Virus record (IMG/VR): IMGVR_UViG_3300042307_000844
Length of the DNA: 64,000 bases
DNA from: a virus
Taxonomy: Duplodnaviria > Caudoviricetes
Strand: one strand, 5' to 3'
A model generated the notes under the pieces. That model ran no database searches and was not told where the DNA came from. It worked only from the letters and a program-made list of their open reading frames with translations. Positions 1 to 8,836 of the stretch are shown one piece after another (position 1 is the first letter of the stretch; the number at the start of each line of letters is the position of its first letter). The position numbers and the translations under genes are program-made.

Positions 1-162
1 GGAGAGCTTTCCATTAAAGATGGTCAGAGATTAGCTGATCATTGTAATCTTGATATTACAATTGACAAGGAAATGACACTGGCTGATATTTTCAATTATC
101 ATAAAGAAAACACTTCTACGAAGTCGTTTGAGGATCGTCCAATGGGGTTTGGGAATTTTTAA
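1..162 (+). CDS. 3' end of a gene starting before the window, possibly an AAA+ ATPase
   Basis: Frame 1 is open from base 1 to TAA at 160-162 (GELSIKDGQRLADHCNLD...MTLADIFNY...RPMGFGNF*). The 'TLADIFN...GFG' tail resembles phage AAA ATPases; this is inference only. Confidence 0.45.
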   Translation, partial: GELSIKDGQRLADHCNLDITIDKEMTLADIFNYHKENTSTKSFEDRPMGFGNF

Positions 163-889
163 TTTTGTTTCCGCCTATGGCATTTTTATTTCCCATCAAA
201 CTTTGAGAAATTCTTTTTCTTCGTTCTTCTGGAACTGGGTTACCATAGCTTGGATTATTTTCACCGCTCAATTTTAGAGATAATTTTAATCTTTCGTTGG
301 GGTCTTCGTATCGTTTTCTCATTATTTCAGCAGTTTTTCTTTTTCCTTCTTCGGAATTAGCTCGGATTTTTTGTGATCTTCTCATATTTTCAATAGCTTC
401 TGGAGAAGCTTTAACCCCCAATCTAGACTTTCTAATATTTTCCCTATGCTCTTCTGTGAATGGTTTCTTTTTCTTACCCTTCTTAGATAAGCTCATATTT
501 ATTCTAGCTTCAGGTGATGCTTTCTTTCCTAATTTAGCTAGTGACATTTTTTTTCTACTTTCTTCACTATATTTTCTTCCAGTATTATCTAAACCTCTAG
601 TGCAAACATTATACCCAAGTGGAACCAAACAATTATATTTTATTATTAATTGTTCTTCTAAGTCATGTAAAAATGTTTTATTGACATCTGGTAGGTAGTA
701 TATTTCTACGTGGAAATTATTAATACCATGTTTTTTAAAAGCTTTTGAAATAACTTGGTGTTTATGGGATCGGTGTTCACTTATTCGTTTATGGATATTC
801 ATCGTTTCCCCAATATAATACTTCCCATTCACCTCATTGCGAATGATATACACCCCCGGTTTGTTCTCAAATTTATCAGTTAGTCTCAT
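116..889 (-). CDS. GIY-YIG homing endonuclease (Seg-like) with NUMOD3-type repeats
   Basis: GVYIIRN...YYIGET...R at the N-terminus, then repeated (S/T)EESRKKMS / SPEARINMS / TEEHRENIR / SPEAIENMR units. Confidence 0.9.
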   Translation of the reverse strand: MRLTDKFENKPGVYIIRNEVNGKYYIGETMNIHKRISEHRSHKHQVISKAFKKHGINNFHVEIYYLPDVNKTFLHDLEEQLIIKYNCLVPLGYNVCTRGLDNTGRKYSEESRKKMSLAKLGKKASPEARINMSLSKKGKKKKPFTEEHRENIRKSRLGVKASPEAIENMRRSQKIRANSEEGKRKTAEIMRKRYEDPNERLKLSLKLSGENNPSYGNPVPEERRKRISQSLMGNKNAIGGNKIKNSQTPLDDPQTTS

Positions 890-1019
890 TCAATTTATCC
901 TCTAGTATTCTTTTGATATATTCGGTCATAGTCAGACCAGATTTCTTAGCAATTTTACGAATTTGTTCCTTCATCTCGGAAGTCACATACAGTTCTATTT
1001 TTTTCTTTATTGTTTCCAT
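876..1019 (-). CDS. 47-aa ribbon-helix-helix (CopG/MetJ-like) DNA-binding protein, missing from the ORF track
   Basis: METIKKKIELYVTSEMKEQIRKIAKKSGLTMTEYIKRILEDKLNETN*. TAAGTA lies 7 nt upstream, and the stop overlaps the GIY-YIG start. Confidence 0.7.
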   Translation of the reverse strand: METIKKKIELYVTSEMKEQIRKIAKKSGLTMTEYIKRILEDKLNETN

Positions 1020-1118
1020 ACTATATTACTTAGTAAATTTTAATGATTTTTCCATGATTTTTTCATAAAAAAGTTGAGAGAAGGTTATTATATTAAGTAT
1101 TATCAGACCGTGTAAAAA

Positions 1119-2198
1119 ATGAACGATTACAATTACTTCTTTGAAAATTCCCAACTCCTCAACATGTTCGTTGCAGCGTTTGACGATGCATTCGTATATC
1201 GTTATGATGCTCGCACCCGTGTAGCAAAGGAGAAGATTGAGGTTCGATACGTCAATGGACCGAAACACCGTGTTCTCCTCGATCTGAGCGATAGAGCCAA
1301 GACACTCACCCTACCCGTGGTGACGATTGAGCAAACCTCATTGGCGCGTGATCCGTCCCGTATCCATAATAAAGGCCAATTTATTTACAGAAAACAGTTG
1401 GATTCCACGAATCGGATGGCTAAAATTCCCCAACCAATTCCCGTAAATCTTACTCTGGATGTGAACATCATCTGCTATTTCAAGGAGGATTTGGATCAGA
1501 TCATTCAGAATTTCGTGGTGAATTGCAATCCATATATCATGGTTTCTTGGAAAATTCCTGAAAAATTCAACATGCCGTTCATTGATGAGATTCGTTCGGA
1601 AATTCAGTGGTCGGGAGATATTTCCTATGAAAATCCCAAGGACTTGTCTCCCGATGTGAAATGGAGAATTTCTGCTTCCACTTCTTTCACGGTCAAGGGA
1701 TGGTTGTTCAAGGATTACAATCAGACCCAAGCACCAATCTATGTAATCAATGCTGACTTTCATGCGCTTCCGTTTAGCAGCCGCTTCTGTGATTACAATC
1801 TCTTTGATGCGATCAGTGCTGAAGGAGTGGTGACGGATAGCGTATCAATCAGTGCATATCCAGAATTCACCAATTATTTCATCAACGGTATTCACCAAGG
1901 GGATTCTCTGGTTGTCACGGAATTGAATGACAGGAACTTCCAATTCTATGGTAAGCGATTTGGATATAATAACACTTGGTATCTATCAGGTGCTTATAAT
2001 ATTCCCGAATTGGTATATACGGAGATTGACACTGCCAAGTTCCCCACCATTTCCGCATACCAGTTACCAGAGAATGTGATTACCACAGTGAATGATAATA
2101 TTGTCACGGTGTCGCTAAGTTCCAATTATTTTAGTAATTTGTCAGGAAATATGGTTTTTGTGACAGCTAATGATGCGGGATGGGTTGCATCCTATTAA
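1119..2198 (+). CDS. gp15: Tail terminator / sheath stabilizer (T4 gp15-like) with C-terminal extension
   Basis: IEVRYVNGPK, TLPVVTI, PIPVNLTLDVNI...EDLDQIIQNFVVNCNP match the gp15 family; structural context agrees. Confidence 0.8.
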   Translation: MNDYNYFFENSQLLNMFVAAFDDAFVYRYDARTRVAKEKIEVRYVNGPKHRVLLDLSDRAKTLTLPVVTIEQTSLARDPSRIHNKGQFIYRKQLDSTNRMAKIPQPIPVNLTLDVNIICYFKEDLDQIIQNFVVNCNPYIMVSWKIPEKFNMPFIDEIRSEIQWSGDISYENPKDLSPDVKWRISASTSFTVKGWLFKDYNQTQAPIYVINADFHALPFSSRFCDYNLFDAISAEGVVTDSVSISAYPEFTNYFINGIHQGDSLVVTELNDRNFQFYGKRFGYNNTWYLSGAYNIPELVYTEIDTAKFPTISAYQLPENVITTVNDNIVTVSLSSNYFSNLSGNMVFVTANDAGWVASY

Positions 2199-2224
2199 AA
2201 AAAACAATTCAACTAAATAATATC

Positions 2225-2533
2225 ATGACTACGAAAGATCAATTTGCAATTTCAAATCTTATAACAGAGATGTATTCAGAACAATCAGGTATTGTTAAAT
2301 TGGAGCAAGATGAATTTGGAAATCTTTCGACCAGAACACCAGACGGTGAATTGGAAATGTTAATGGGATATTCTAGCGGTGGAGAACCAGTAACTTTCAA
2401 ATTTCCAATGAGTGAGTATCAACAACAATATTTTTCCAATGCTTTGTATGATGCAATTGAGACTGGTATGTTACCATCGTCCACGACAGCAGTTCAATTA
2501 CCAGATGGTTCCACTTTTGAAATACCTAAATAG
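2225..2533 (+). CDS. Late hypothetical protein
   Basis: TAAATA at 2214-2219, ATG 5 nt later (MTTKDQFAISNLITEMYSE...). Confidence 0.7.
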   Translation: MTTKDQFAISNLITEMYSEQSGIVKLEQDEFGNLSTRTPDGELEMLMGYSSGGEPVTFKFPMSEYQQQYFSNALYDAIETGMLPSSTTAVQLPDGSTFEIPK

Positions 2534-2573
2534 ATTTCATTGAATAATTGAAGATTCCGCTTAAATAATAAGT

Positions 2574-4397
2574 ATGGCGGGTATCGGCAGTTCAACAACA
2601 CCATCTTCAAACAAACAATACCAAGGAACGGATGGTAAAGGTTCCACATTTGATAGGAACATGCAATCCTATTTGAAGAATCGCGGGAATTTCATTGAGA
2701 AGACTCCTGACGAAGCGAAGAATACAAAATATAAATATTTCCAAAAGATTGGTTTACGCAGACCGGAAGCGATTGCTAGAAATTCCGTAGCTCTCAATAA
2801 CGACTGGAACAACACTGCATTTTCCGCAATTTACCAAGACAAGTCCTTTACGGATTTGATGTATTCCCAAGCTTCGGAGGAAAAACCGGGGCGTTTGCGG
2901 GACTACCGCATGATTGCCGCTTACTCTGAAGTGGCGGATGCCATGGATGAGATTTGCGATGAGACGATCAATGTGGATGAGAACGGAGAGATTGTAACTC
3001 TAGAAATCCGTAATACTGATCTGGAATCGGAAAAGAAAGAGGAGATTGAGAAGGAATTCTCCCGTTTCGTTGCCATGATGGAACTGGAAGACAATGGTTG
3101 GAATTATTTCCGCCAATTTCTTATTGAAGGCGAACTGTTCTTTGAATTGATTCTAAAAGATGATTATATCAAACAAGGGGTAGTTGCCATCAAAAACCTC
3201 CCTGCTGAACAATTTGATCCTGTATATGACAACATTCAGACGATGTTGGTGAAAGCGTTCATTTACAAGAAGCCAATCTTCTCTTCGGTGGATAATAAAA
3301 AGGTAGAACGCTATGAATACATTCCCTTTGAACAAAACCAAGTCCTCTATGTGAACAGTGGGCAATATAATGAAACCAAGGATTTTATCATTCCTTTCAT
3401 TGAGAATTGCCGTAGAGCTTACAGACAGCTTTCCATGATTGAGGATTCCGTGGTGATCCACAGAATGGTTCATGCGCCCCTCCGCTTCCTCTTCAACGTG
3501 GATGTGGGAAGATTGCCCGTCCCCGCAGCAGAAGCCTACCTACGCAAGCTACAGAGCCAATACTGGTCAACCAAGACGTTTGACATGGATCAGGGAGATA
3601 TTGTCAAGAAATACGCACCTCAATCCACGCTTGATTCATTCTGGTTTGCCAAGAGACAAGGACAAGAGGCAACTACAGTTGAAACATTTGGGGGTCAAAT
3701 GTCGGATGGTAATATGGAACCTCTTGATTGGTTCATCAAGAAATTATATCGTTCTCTCAAGACTCCAACTTCTCGTTTGAATAATGAAACGGGTTATAAT
3801 GATGGAACGGAGATGCTTCGGGAAGAACTGAAGTTTGCCAAGATGATCATTCGTCAACAACAACGCTTTGCCCAAGGTATCAAGAGAGCGTTTATCACAC
3901 ACCTCAAGTTCAAGGACATGTTCGATGATTGGGATTTGTTCGATGACAATATCCGCGTGGAATTCAATGTTCCCACCAATTTCTATGATATGCGGGAGAG
4001 CCAGAAGCTCAATCTTAAGATTGAGACTTTCAATAACATTACGGGTAATGAAATGGTATCCACGATTTATGCCATGAAGAAATATCTGGATTGGAGAGAT
4101 TCCGATATCCTTGCCAACCTACATTTCAAGAAGGTGGAAGCGGAACACATGTTTGAAATCGAACAAATAAAAACACTCGGACCCAACTACAAAGAGTTAT
4201 TAGCTCAACAAGCTGGAGGCGAAGCTGGTGGTGATATGGGAGCCATGGGAGGATCAAGTGGAGGTGGTGGGATGCCTCCAGATTTTGGAGGCTCTGGCGC
4301 AGCTATAACTGATTCAGAAGCTCCAAATGTCGAAGCTCCACTCGATCAAGCAGAAACGCCGGAAGCTCCGTCCAATGAACCAGAGATGGGTGTCTAA
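2574..4397 (+). CDS. gp20: Portal vertex protein (T4 gp20)
   Basis: YRMIAAYSEVADAMDEICDE, FRQFLIEGELFF, QLSMIEDSVVIHRMVHAPLRFLFNVDVGRLP, DSFWFAKRQG, KKLYRSLKTPTSRL, REELKFAK. Confidence 0.97.
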   Translation: MAGIGSSTTPSSNKQYQGTDGKGSTFDRNMQSYLKNRGNFIEKTPDEAKNTKYKYFQKIGLRRPEAIARNSVALNNDWNNTAFSAIYQDKSFTDLMYSQASEEKPGRLRDYRMIAAYSEVADAMDEICDETINVDENGEIVTLEIRNTDLESEKKEEIEKEFSRFVAMMELEDNGWNYFRQFLIEGELFFELILKDDYIKQGVVAIKNLPAEQFDPVYDNIQTMLVKAFIYKKPIFSSVDNKKVERYEYIPFEQNQVLYVNSGQYNETKDFIIPFIENCRRAYRQLSMIEDSVVIHRMVHAPLRFLFNVDVGRLPVPAAEAYLRKLQSQYWSTKTFDMDQGDIVKKYAPQSTLDSFWFAKRQGQEATTVETFGGQMSDGNMEPLDWFIKKLYRSLKTPTSRLNNETGYNDGTEMLREELKFAKMIIRQQQRFAQGIKRAFITHLKFKDMFDDWDLFDDNIRVEFNVPTNFYDMRESQKLNLKIETFNNITGNEMVSTIYAMKKYLDWRDSDILANLHFKKVEAEHMFEIEQIKTLGPNYKELLAQQAGGEAGGDMGAMGGSSGGGGMPPDFGGSGAAITDSEAPNVEAPLDQAETPEAPSNEPEMGV

Positions 4398-5436
4398 ATT
4401 TTAAATTAGCTCTCTTACTGTCGTTAAGAGACTCTGGTATTGTTTGGAGATTTCCATGGTGATGATAACCTCCTTTGGTTAGAGGTAAGATATGATCAAC
4501 ATTATATTTGATACCTAGACAATCTTCCAGCCTGATTCGCATATCAACATATGTTTTTTCAATGTTTTGATCGTGATTAGGATGTGTTGCGTTCTTTTTT
4601 AACGCTCGTCTTTTACTATTTCTCAATAATACCTTATCCCAATTATTTTTATCCCAATTATTCTTTTTAATATTTAATTGTTCTTTATTATTTTTATAAT
4701 ATTCAGAAAATTTTTTGTTGTGGCAAGCTTCACAATAAGACGATCTATTTTTAAATTTTTTATGTAATATACAAAAGCTATCAATTGGGGAAATTTGATC
4801 GCATGAGTAACATTTTTTATTACCACTCATTTCTAATTTTACATTTTCTATTTGTAATGCCTTGTCCCATAAAAATTCTGGAGTGTCCCCCCAATATTTT
4901 AATATGGGATTATCGTGCTTAATTAATTTATTGGCTATTCCCTCGAATGATTTTGGTATAACTTGAATATTTTGGTGATGATGATAACCTCCTTTATTCA
5001 TTGGGATTATTTTATGTAATATAAATTTAACACCTAAACATTTTTGCAATCTAATTTTCATTTCTATTAAAACAGCTTCTATCTTCGGATCATGTTGTTC
5101 GTGATAAGCATCGTTTTTAATTGCATTCGTCTTATAAGAACCCAATTGTCTAATCACCGGATTCTTCAATTTATAATTTTTAGAACGGAGTAATTCCTTT
5201 TCCAAATTCTTTTCTCTATATATTTTACCTCTCTCTATACAAAGCTCACGGTTTTCTTCTCTGTATTTTACCATATAAGCATCATGACGATCTTTATTTT
5301 TCAATCTCCATTCACGTTTTCGTTCTTTCCCACATTCAATACATTCATATTGCAAACCATCAGGACTTTTGGAAGATTTTGTAAATAAATTTAATGATAA
5401 CTCACTTTTACATCTAGTGCATTCCTTCGTATTCAT
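4303..5436 (-). CDS. HNH homing endonuclease with an internally duplicated Zn-finger/HNH module
   Basis: Two CxxC...CxxC regions, each followed by an HNH-like segment: ILHKIIPMNKGGYHHHQNIQVIP (degenerate) and VDHILPLTKGGYHHHGNLQTIP (intact). Confidence 0.85.
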   Translation of the reverse strand: MNTKECTRCKSELSLNLFTKSSKSPDGLQYECIECGKERKREWRLKNKDRHDAYMVKYREENRELCIERGKIYREKNLEKELLRSKNYKLKNPVIRQLGSYKTNAIKNDAYHEQHDPKIEAVLIEMKIRLQKCLGVKFILHKIIPMNKGGYHHHQNIQVIPKSFEGIANKLIKHDNPILKYWGDTPEFLWDKALQIENVKLEMSGNKKCYSCDQISPIDSFCILHKKFKNRSSYCEACHNKKFSEYYKNNKEQLNIKKNNWDKNNWDKVLLRNSKRRALKKNATHPNHDQNIEKTYVDMRIRLEDCLGIKYNVDHILPLTKGGYHHHGNLQTIPESLNDSKRANLKFRHPSLVHWTELPAFLLDRVELRHLELLNQL

Positions 5437-5509
5437 ATTAATATTTAACTAAACGGATCAAACTGGAAAGAAAAAATTGTGATAAATCACCATCAAATTA
5501 AATATTATC

Positions 5510-5929
5510 ATGACTTCCCACGACTTCAAAAATCTAGCACTATTATATGAAAGTATGGAAAACCATACCATGTCTCTGAACGATATTTATGGTGATATTG
5601 AATATGATGTTCCTGAAAACGAGGCACTTTATAGTGCTGTTGACCCCGAAATAGGGGATATCCAAATTCCGATCAAAACACTATCACCAGATCAATTGTT
5701 GAAATTGACGACATATAAAGATGATACCACGGTATTTCAAGCATATAAAGATTTTGCTGATAGGGATCAGAAGCAAATCGTAAATCATTACAAGAAAAAT
5801 TTAAATGAATTACACGATAACCCAATCGTCATTAATAATAACACGGCTTTGGATGGGTATCATCGAATTATTGCAGCTATTTTGATGAAACAATCTTTGA
5901 AAGTATTGGATGTGTCGGATATACAGTAG
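5510..5929 (+). CDS. ParB/Srx-like N-terminal domain protein (late)
   Basis: PIVINNNTALDGYHRIIAA motif; TAAATA 5 nt upstream. Confidence 0.65.
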   Translation: MTSHDFKNLALLYESMENHTMSLNDIYGDIEYDVPENEALYSAVDPEIGDIQIPIKTLSPDQLLKLTTYKDDTTVFQAYKDFADRDQKQIVNHYKKNLNELHDNPIVINNNTALDGYHRIIAAILMKQSLKVLDVSDIQ

Positions 5930-5930
5930 T

Positions 5931-6605
5931 TTAATTTAAAGGAATGCCATAAGTCTTGGCATATTCTTTCGATTTCTGGTCAAAAGGATAAATTGTCCCA
6001 TGCCACAGGAAATCGTTTCCCGAATCGATTGCCCCCAAAGGACGGACTTTCACAATCCACTCGCCCATATATTCGCCTTTGGAGTTTTTAAATTTTAATT
6101 TACCAGAAAACTGTGAAAATACATCGGTTGAATCCTCCCATCTACGCATGTAATCATCAAGTTGATGTTCGTCTTCCACGAAATTTTTCCAATTTAATCT
6201 AAGCAATTCTTCTGATGATGTTGCACACAGATTACAATATGCTTCATTCACCATAATATTAAGACCTTTGGAGGTAACTCTAAACGATGGTTTGGGATTG
6301 AGCCAAAACATAGCCTCTATTTCAGCTTTGATTATTTTCACAGAATCCCGCATGGAACCCCCACCATTCGGGGATATTTCATATTCAACATTTTTTAAAC
6401 GATCATCAATATTTGACACAGTTCCTTGAATATTTTTTAAAGATTCTGGTATGGAATTCCGAGATTTAATATATTCCTGACGTTCCTTATATTTTTCGAC
6501 AATAAAAGTCCTGAGTTGTTTCCAAGTCAATATAATGGCACCAATCGCCCCTAGAATAATTTTTATAAAATTGGCGTGTTGTTGAACAAAATCGTAAAAA
6601 TCCAT
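5931..6605 (-). CDS. Membrane-anchored protein with coiled coil and C-terminal PAS-like domain (possible holin/lysis regulator)
   Basis: Hydrophobic IKIILGAIGAIILTW, coiled coil to PNGGGSMRD, then the PAS-like NIMVNEAYCNL...LNWKNFVEDE. Confidence 0.6.
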   Translation of the reverse strand: MDFYDFVQQHANFIKIILGAIGAIILTWKQLRTFIVEKYKERQEYIKSRNSIPESLKNIQGTVSNIDDRLKNVEYEISPNGGGSMRDSVKIIKAEIEAMFWLNPKPSFRVTSKGLNIMVNEAYCNLCATSSEELLRLNWKNFVEDEHQLDDYMRRWEDSTDVFSQFSGKLKFKNSKGEYMGEWIVKVRPLGAIDSGNDFLWHGTIYPFDQKSKEYAKTYGIPLN

Positions 6606-6622
6606 AATATTATTTATGAAAG

Positions 6623-6919
6623 TTAATCACAAAAGCTCACACAGTTGAACGCGGAATTATAATAATATTTTGTTCCATTGTTTTCTTCAGCATTCCAACC
6701 CGAATCAGTGGGTCTATCACAGTCATAGAAGTAGAATTGACTCCCATTATTGGACGATGGGTGGATGTAAGTGGTGTCCTGCCCCCAGAGGATGAAATCG
6801 TTGGCAGATAGGTAATAATACGCGGAACCGTTGTTGGTATTAGCATTCCAACCTGAAACGGTGGGGATGCCGCAGGATAATTCGTAATAAATGGAACCGT
6901 TGTTTGATTCAAAGGACAT
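6623..6919 (-). CDS. Small late protein with four NNG(S/T)xYY repeats
   Basis: Likely start ATG at 6919 (MSFESNNGSIYY...), divergent from gp13. Confidence 0.6.
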   Translation of the reverse strand: MSFESNNGSIYYELSCGIPTVSGWNANTNNGSAYYYLSANDFILWGQDTTYIHPSSNNGSQFYFYDCDRPTDSGWNAEENNGTKYYYNSAFNCVSFCD

Positions 6920-6947
6920 AATAATACTTAACAGATTAAATAAGATT

Positions 6948-8087
6948 ATGAGCTTATGCCAAGTTGAACCAATTTCCGCTTTCATGTCCACCAATCTCAA
7001 TTCCAAGATTGAGTGTTACCAGCGTTTGGGAGAGAGGATTCTGAGAACCTTGGGACATCCCATGATTAATGTGGAGTTACATTACGATCAGTTACACGAA
7101 GCCATATCAATGGCGGTTGACTTCTATACAGTATATAGTGGTTACACTAAAGAATATCTTATTTTTGACAGCCGATTGTATGAGGGTAACAAAGGCTTAC
7201 GATTGGATCATCTTTTCACAGTTGCCAATTCGGGATACACACCATCGGAAAAGCTCAATGATAAGAGAACCGGACCACAACCGGATTATGAAGTGACTCT
7301 CCCAACTCCTTTATATGTTTCCCTTTCCACAATTCCCAGCGCATATTTCACAGCTTCTTCAGCATTAAGCGGAGTGGTTCCTTCCGATGGCATTACTTCC
7401 ATGCAAATTATTGACCAAACTACTTACGATCTTCTAGTGGGATTCAATGCTGGTTTGAGTGTGCTGTTCCAACAATCCTATCAAAAACCGTTCACGATAC
7501 AGTGTGAACAACAGGATGATGTGAACACATTCAATAATATGTTTGATTATGATGTCATGGATTACCGCAAAGTAGTTGATGTTATTTCTTTTGAGGAAGG
7601 TTCTTCCACAGGTGTAAACACATTGTTTTCCGTGGAACAAACCATGGCTCAACAAAGTTATCACGCTTATTCGCTGGGTAACTATGGATTTGATATTCTA
7701 TCTTGGCACACCGTCAAGGATTGGATTGATACCCGCGAAAAAATGTTTGCTACTCGTCGGGACATCTATTTTGATGCAAGAACACAATATCTCCGTTTAA
7801 TACCTCAACCGAAAAACACTCAATTTTTTGGCTTGCTCACTTGCTACGTGGAAAAACCTTTAAGAGATTTGATCAAGGAGAAGTGGATTTTGGAATACGC
7901 CACCGCCATGTCTAAGATCATGTGGGGACGGATACTCACTAAGATATCCGGTGTTACTTTACCCGGAGGTGGTTCCATTGATGGTTCCAGCATTCTTTCG
8001 GAAGGATTGGAAGCGAAAAAAGAATTGGAACAATTCTTAATTGAAGGTGGATTCTCAACGGACCCTCCCTTGATGCTCGTGATGTGA
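6948..8087 (+). CDS. gp13: Neck protein (T4 gp13-like)
   Basis: ILRTLGHPMINVELHYDQLHEAI, WILEYATAMSKIMWGRILTKISGVTLPGGGSIDG; TAAATA 6937-6942 supports the ATG at 6948. Confidence 0.85.
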   Translation: MSLCQVEPISAFMSTNLNSKIECYQRLGERILRTLGHPMINVELHYDQLHEAISMAVDFYTVYSGYTKEYLIFDSRLYEGNKGLRLDHLFTVANSGYTPSEKLNDKRTGPQPDYEVTLPTPLYVSLSTIPSAYFTASSALSGVVPSDGITSMQIIDQTTYDLLVGFNAGLSVLFQQSYQKPFTIQCEQQDDVNTFNNMFDYDVMDYRKVVDVISFEEGSSTGVNTLFSVEQTMAQQSYHAYSLGNYGFDILSWHTVKDWIDTREKMFATRRDIYFDARTQYLRLIPQPKNTQFFGLLTCYVEKPLRDLIKEKWILEYATAMSKIMWGRILTKISGVTLPGGGSIDGSSILSEGLEAKKELEQFLIEGGFSTDPPLMLVM

Positions 8088-8108
8088 GATACCTTATTAA
8101 GTATTGTT

Positions 8109-8834
8109 GTGTTTATTCGTGGATCAGGGGCGGGCAATGAGGCGAAAAGGAACGACGAATCGTTCTACCGTGGAATTGTGGTCAAGAACAACGATCCCCT
8201 GAAAATGAATCGGGTTAAGATATTCATTCCCGAATTATCCAACCAACCTTTTGAGGAATGGTTTGAGAAATATGAGGAAATGAATATTCAAAGACCCGGA
8301 CTCAACAACCCCGAAGACACTTGGGTTGATATCAAGATTTACGAAGAGATTTCCAAACACATTCCATGGGCGGAACCGTGTTATCCTCTGATGGGAGAAT
8401 CCGGTAATGGACGATACTTCAAACAGGATGGGGATGGTTTGGCTGTTATAACGGACAGTAACTATTCGGAGACTTACGAAAATAATAATACTGAAGTCCC
8501 AACTTTAAGCGGGGGATCGTTCTCCCCTTCATTTTTATATGAAAACATGGATACCATGGTATCCGATGCGTTTGCCAATCCTCTTGATGTTTTCGCTGTC
8601 AAATGCAATCCCTATGCTTTTGGATATAAATCGAATAATTTCACAAACAAATCCAAGGGAATGTTCGGTATTCCCGAAGTGGGTTCCAAGGTTTGGGTGT
8701 TCCATTATCTGGGAGATTTAAACTTTCCCATTTACTTTGGAGTGTCGCAGGATTTCCGTGGACTGACACTGATAAATAGAACCGACAATGATAATAAAAT
8801 TTCCCCTTATTATCCAAACGATTTTGAGAATTGA
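8109..8834 (+). CDS. gp5: Baseplate spike gp5 N-terminal OB-fold domain as a separate ORF
   Basis: YRGIVVKNNDPLKMNRVKIFIP...PWAEP...FGIPEVGSKVWVFHYLGDLNFPIYFG; GTG start 5 nt after TAAGTA. Confidence 0.75.
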   Translation: MFIRGSGAGNEAKRNDESFYRGIVVKNNDPLKMNRVKIFIPELSNQPFEEWFEKYEEMNIQRPGLNNPEDTWVDIKIYEEISKHIPWAEPCYPLMGESGNGRYFKQDGDGLAVITDSNYSETYENNNTEVPTLSGGSFSPSFLYENMDTMVSDAFANPLDVFAVKCNPYAFGYKSNNFTNKSKGMFGIPEVGSKVWVFHYLGDLNFPIYFGVSQDFRGLTLINRTDNDNKISPYYPNDFEN

Positions 8835-8836
8835 TT

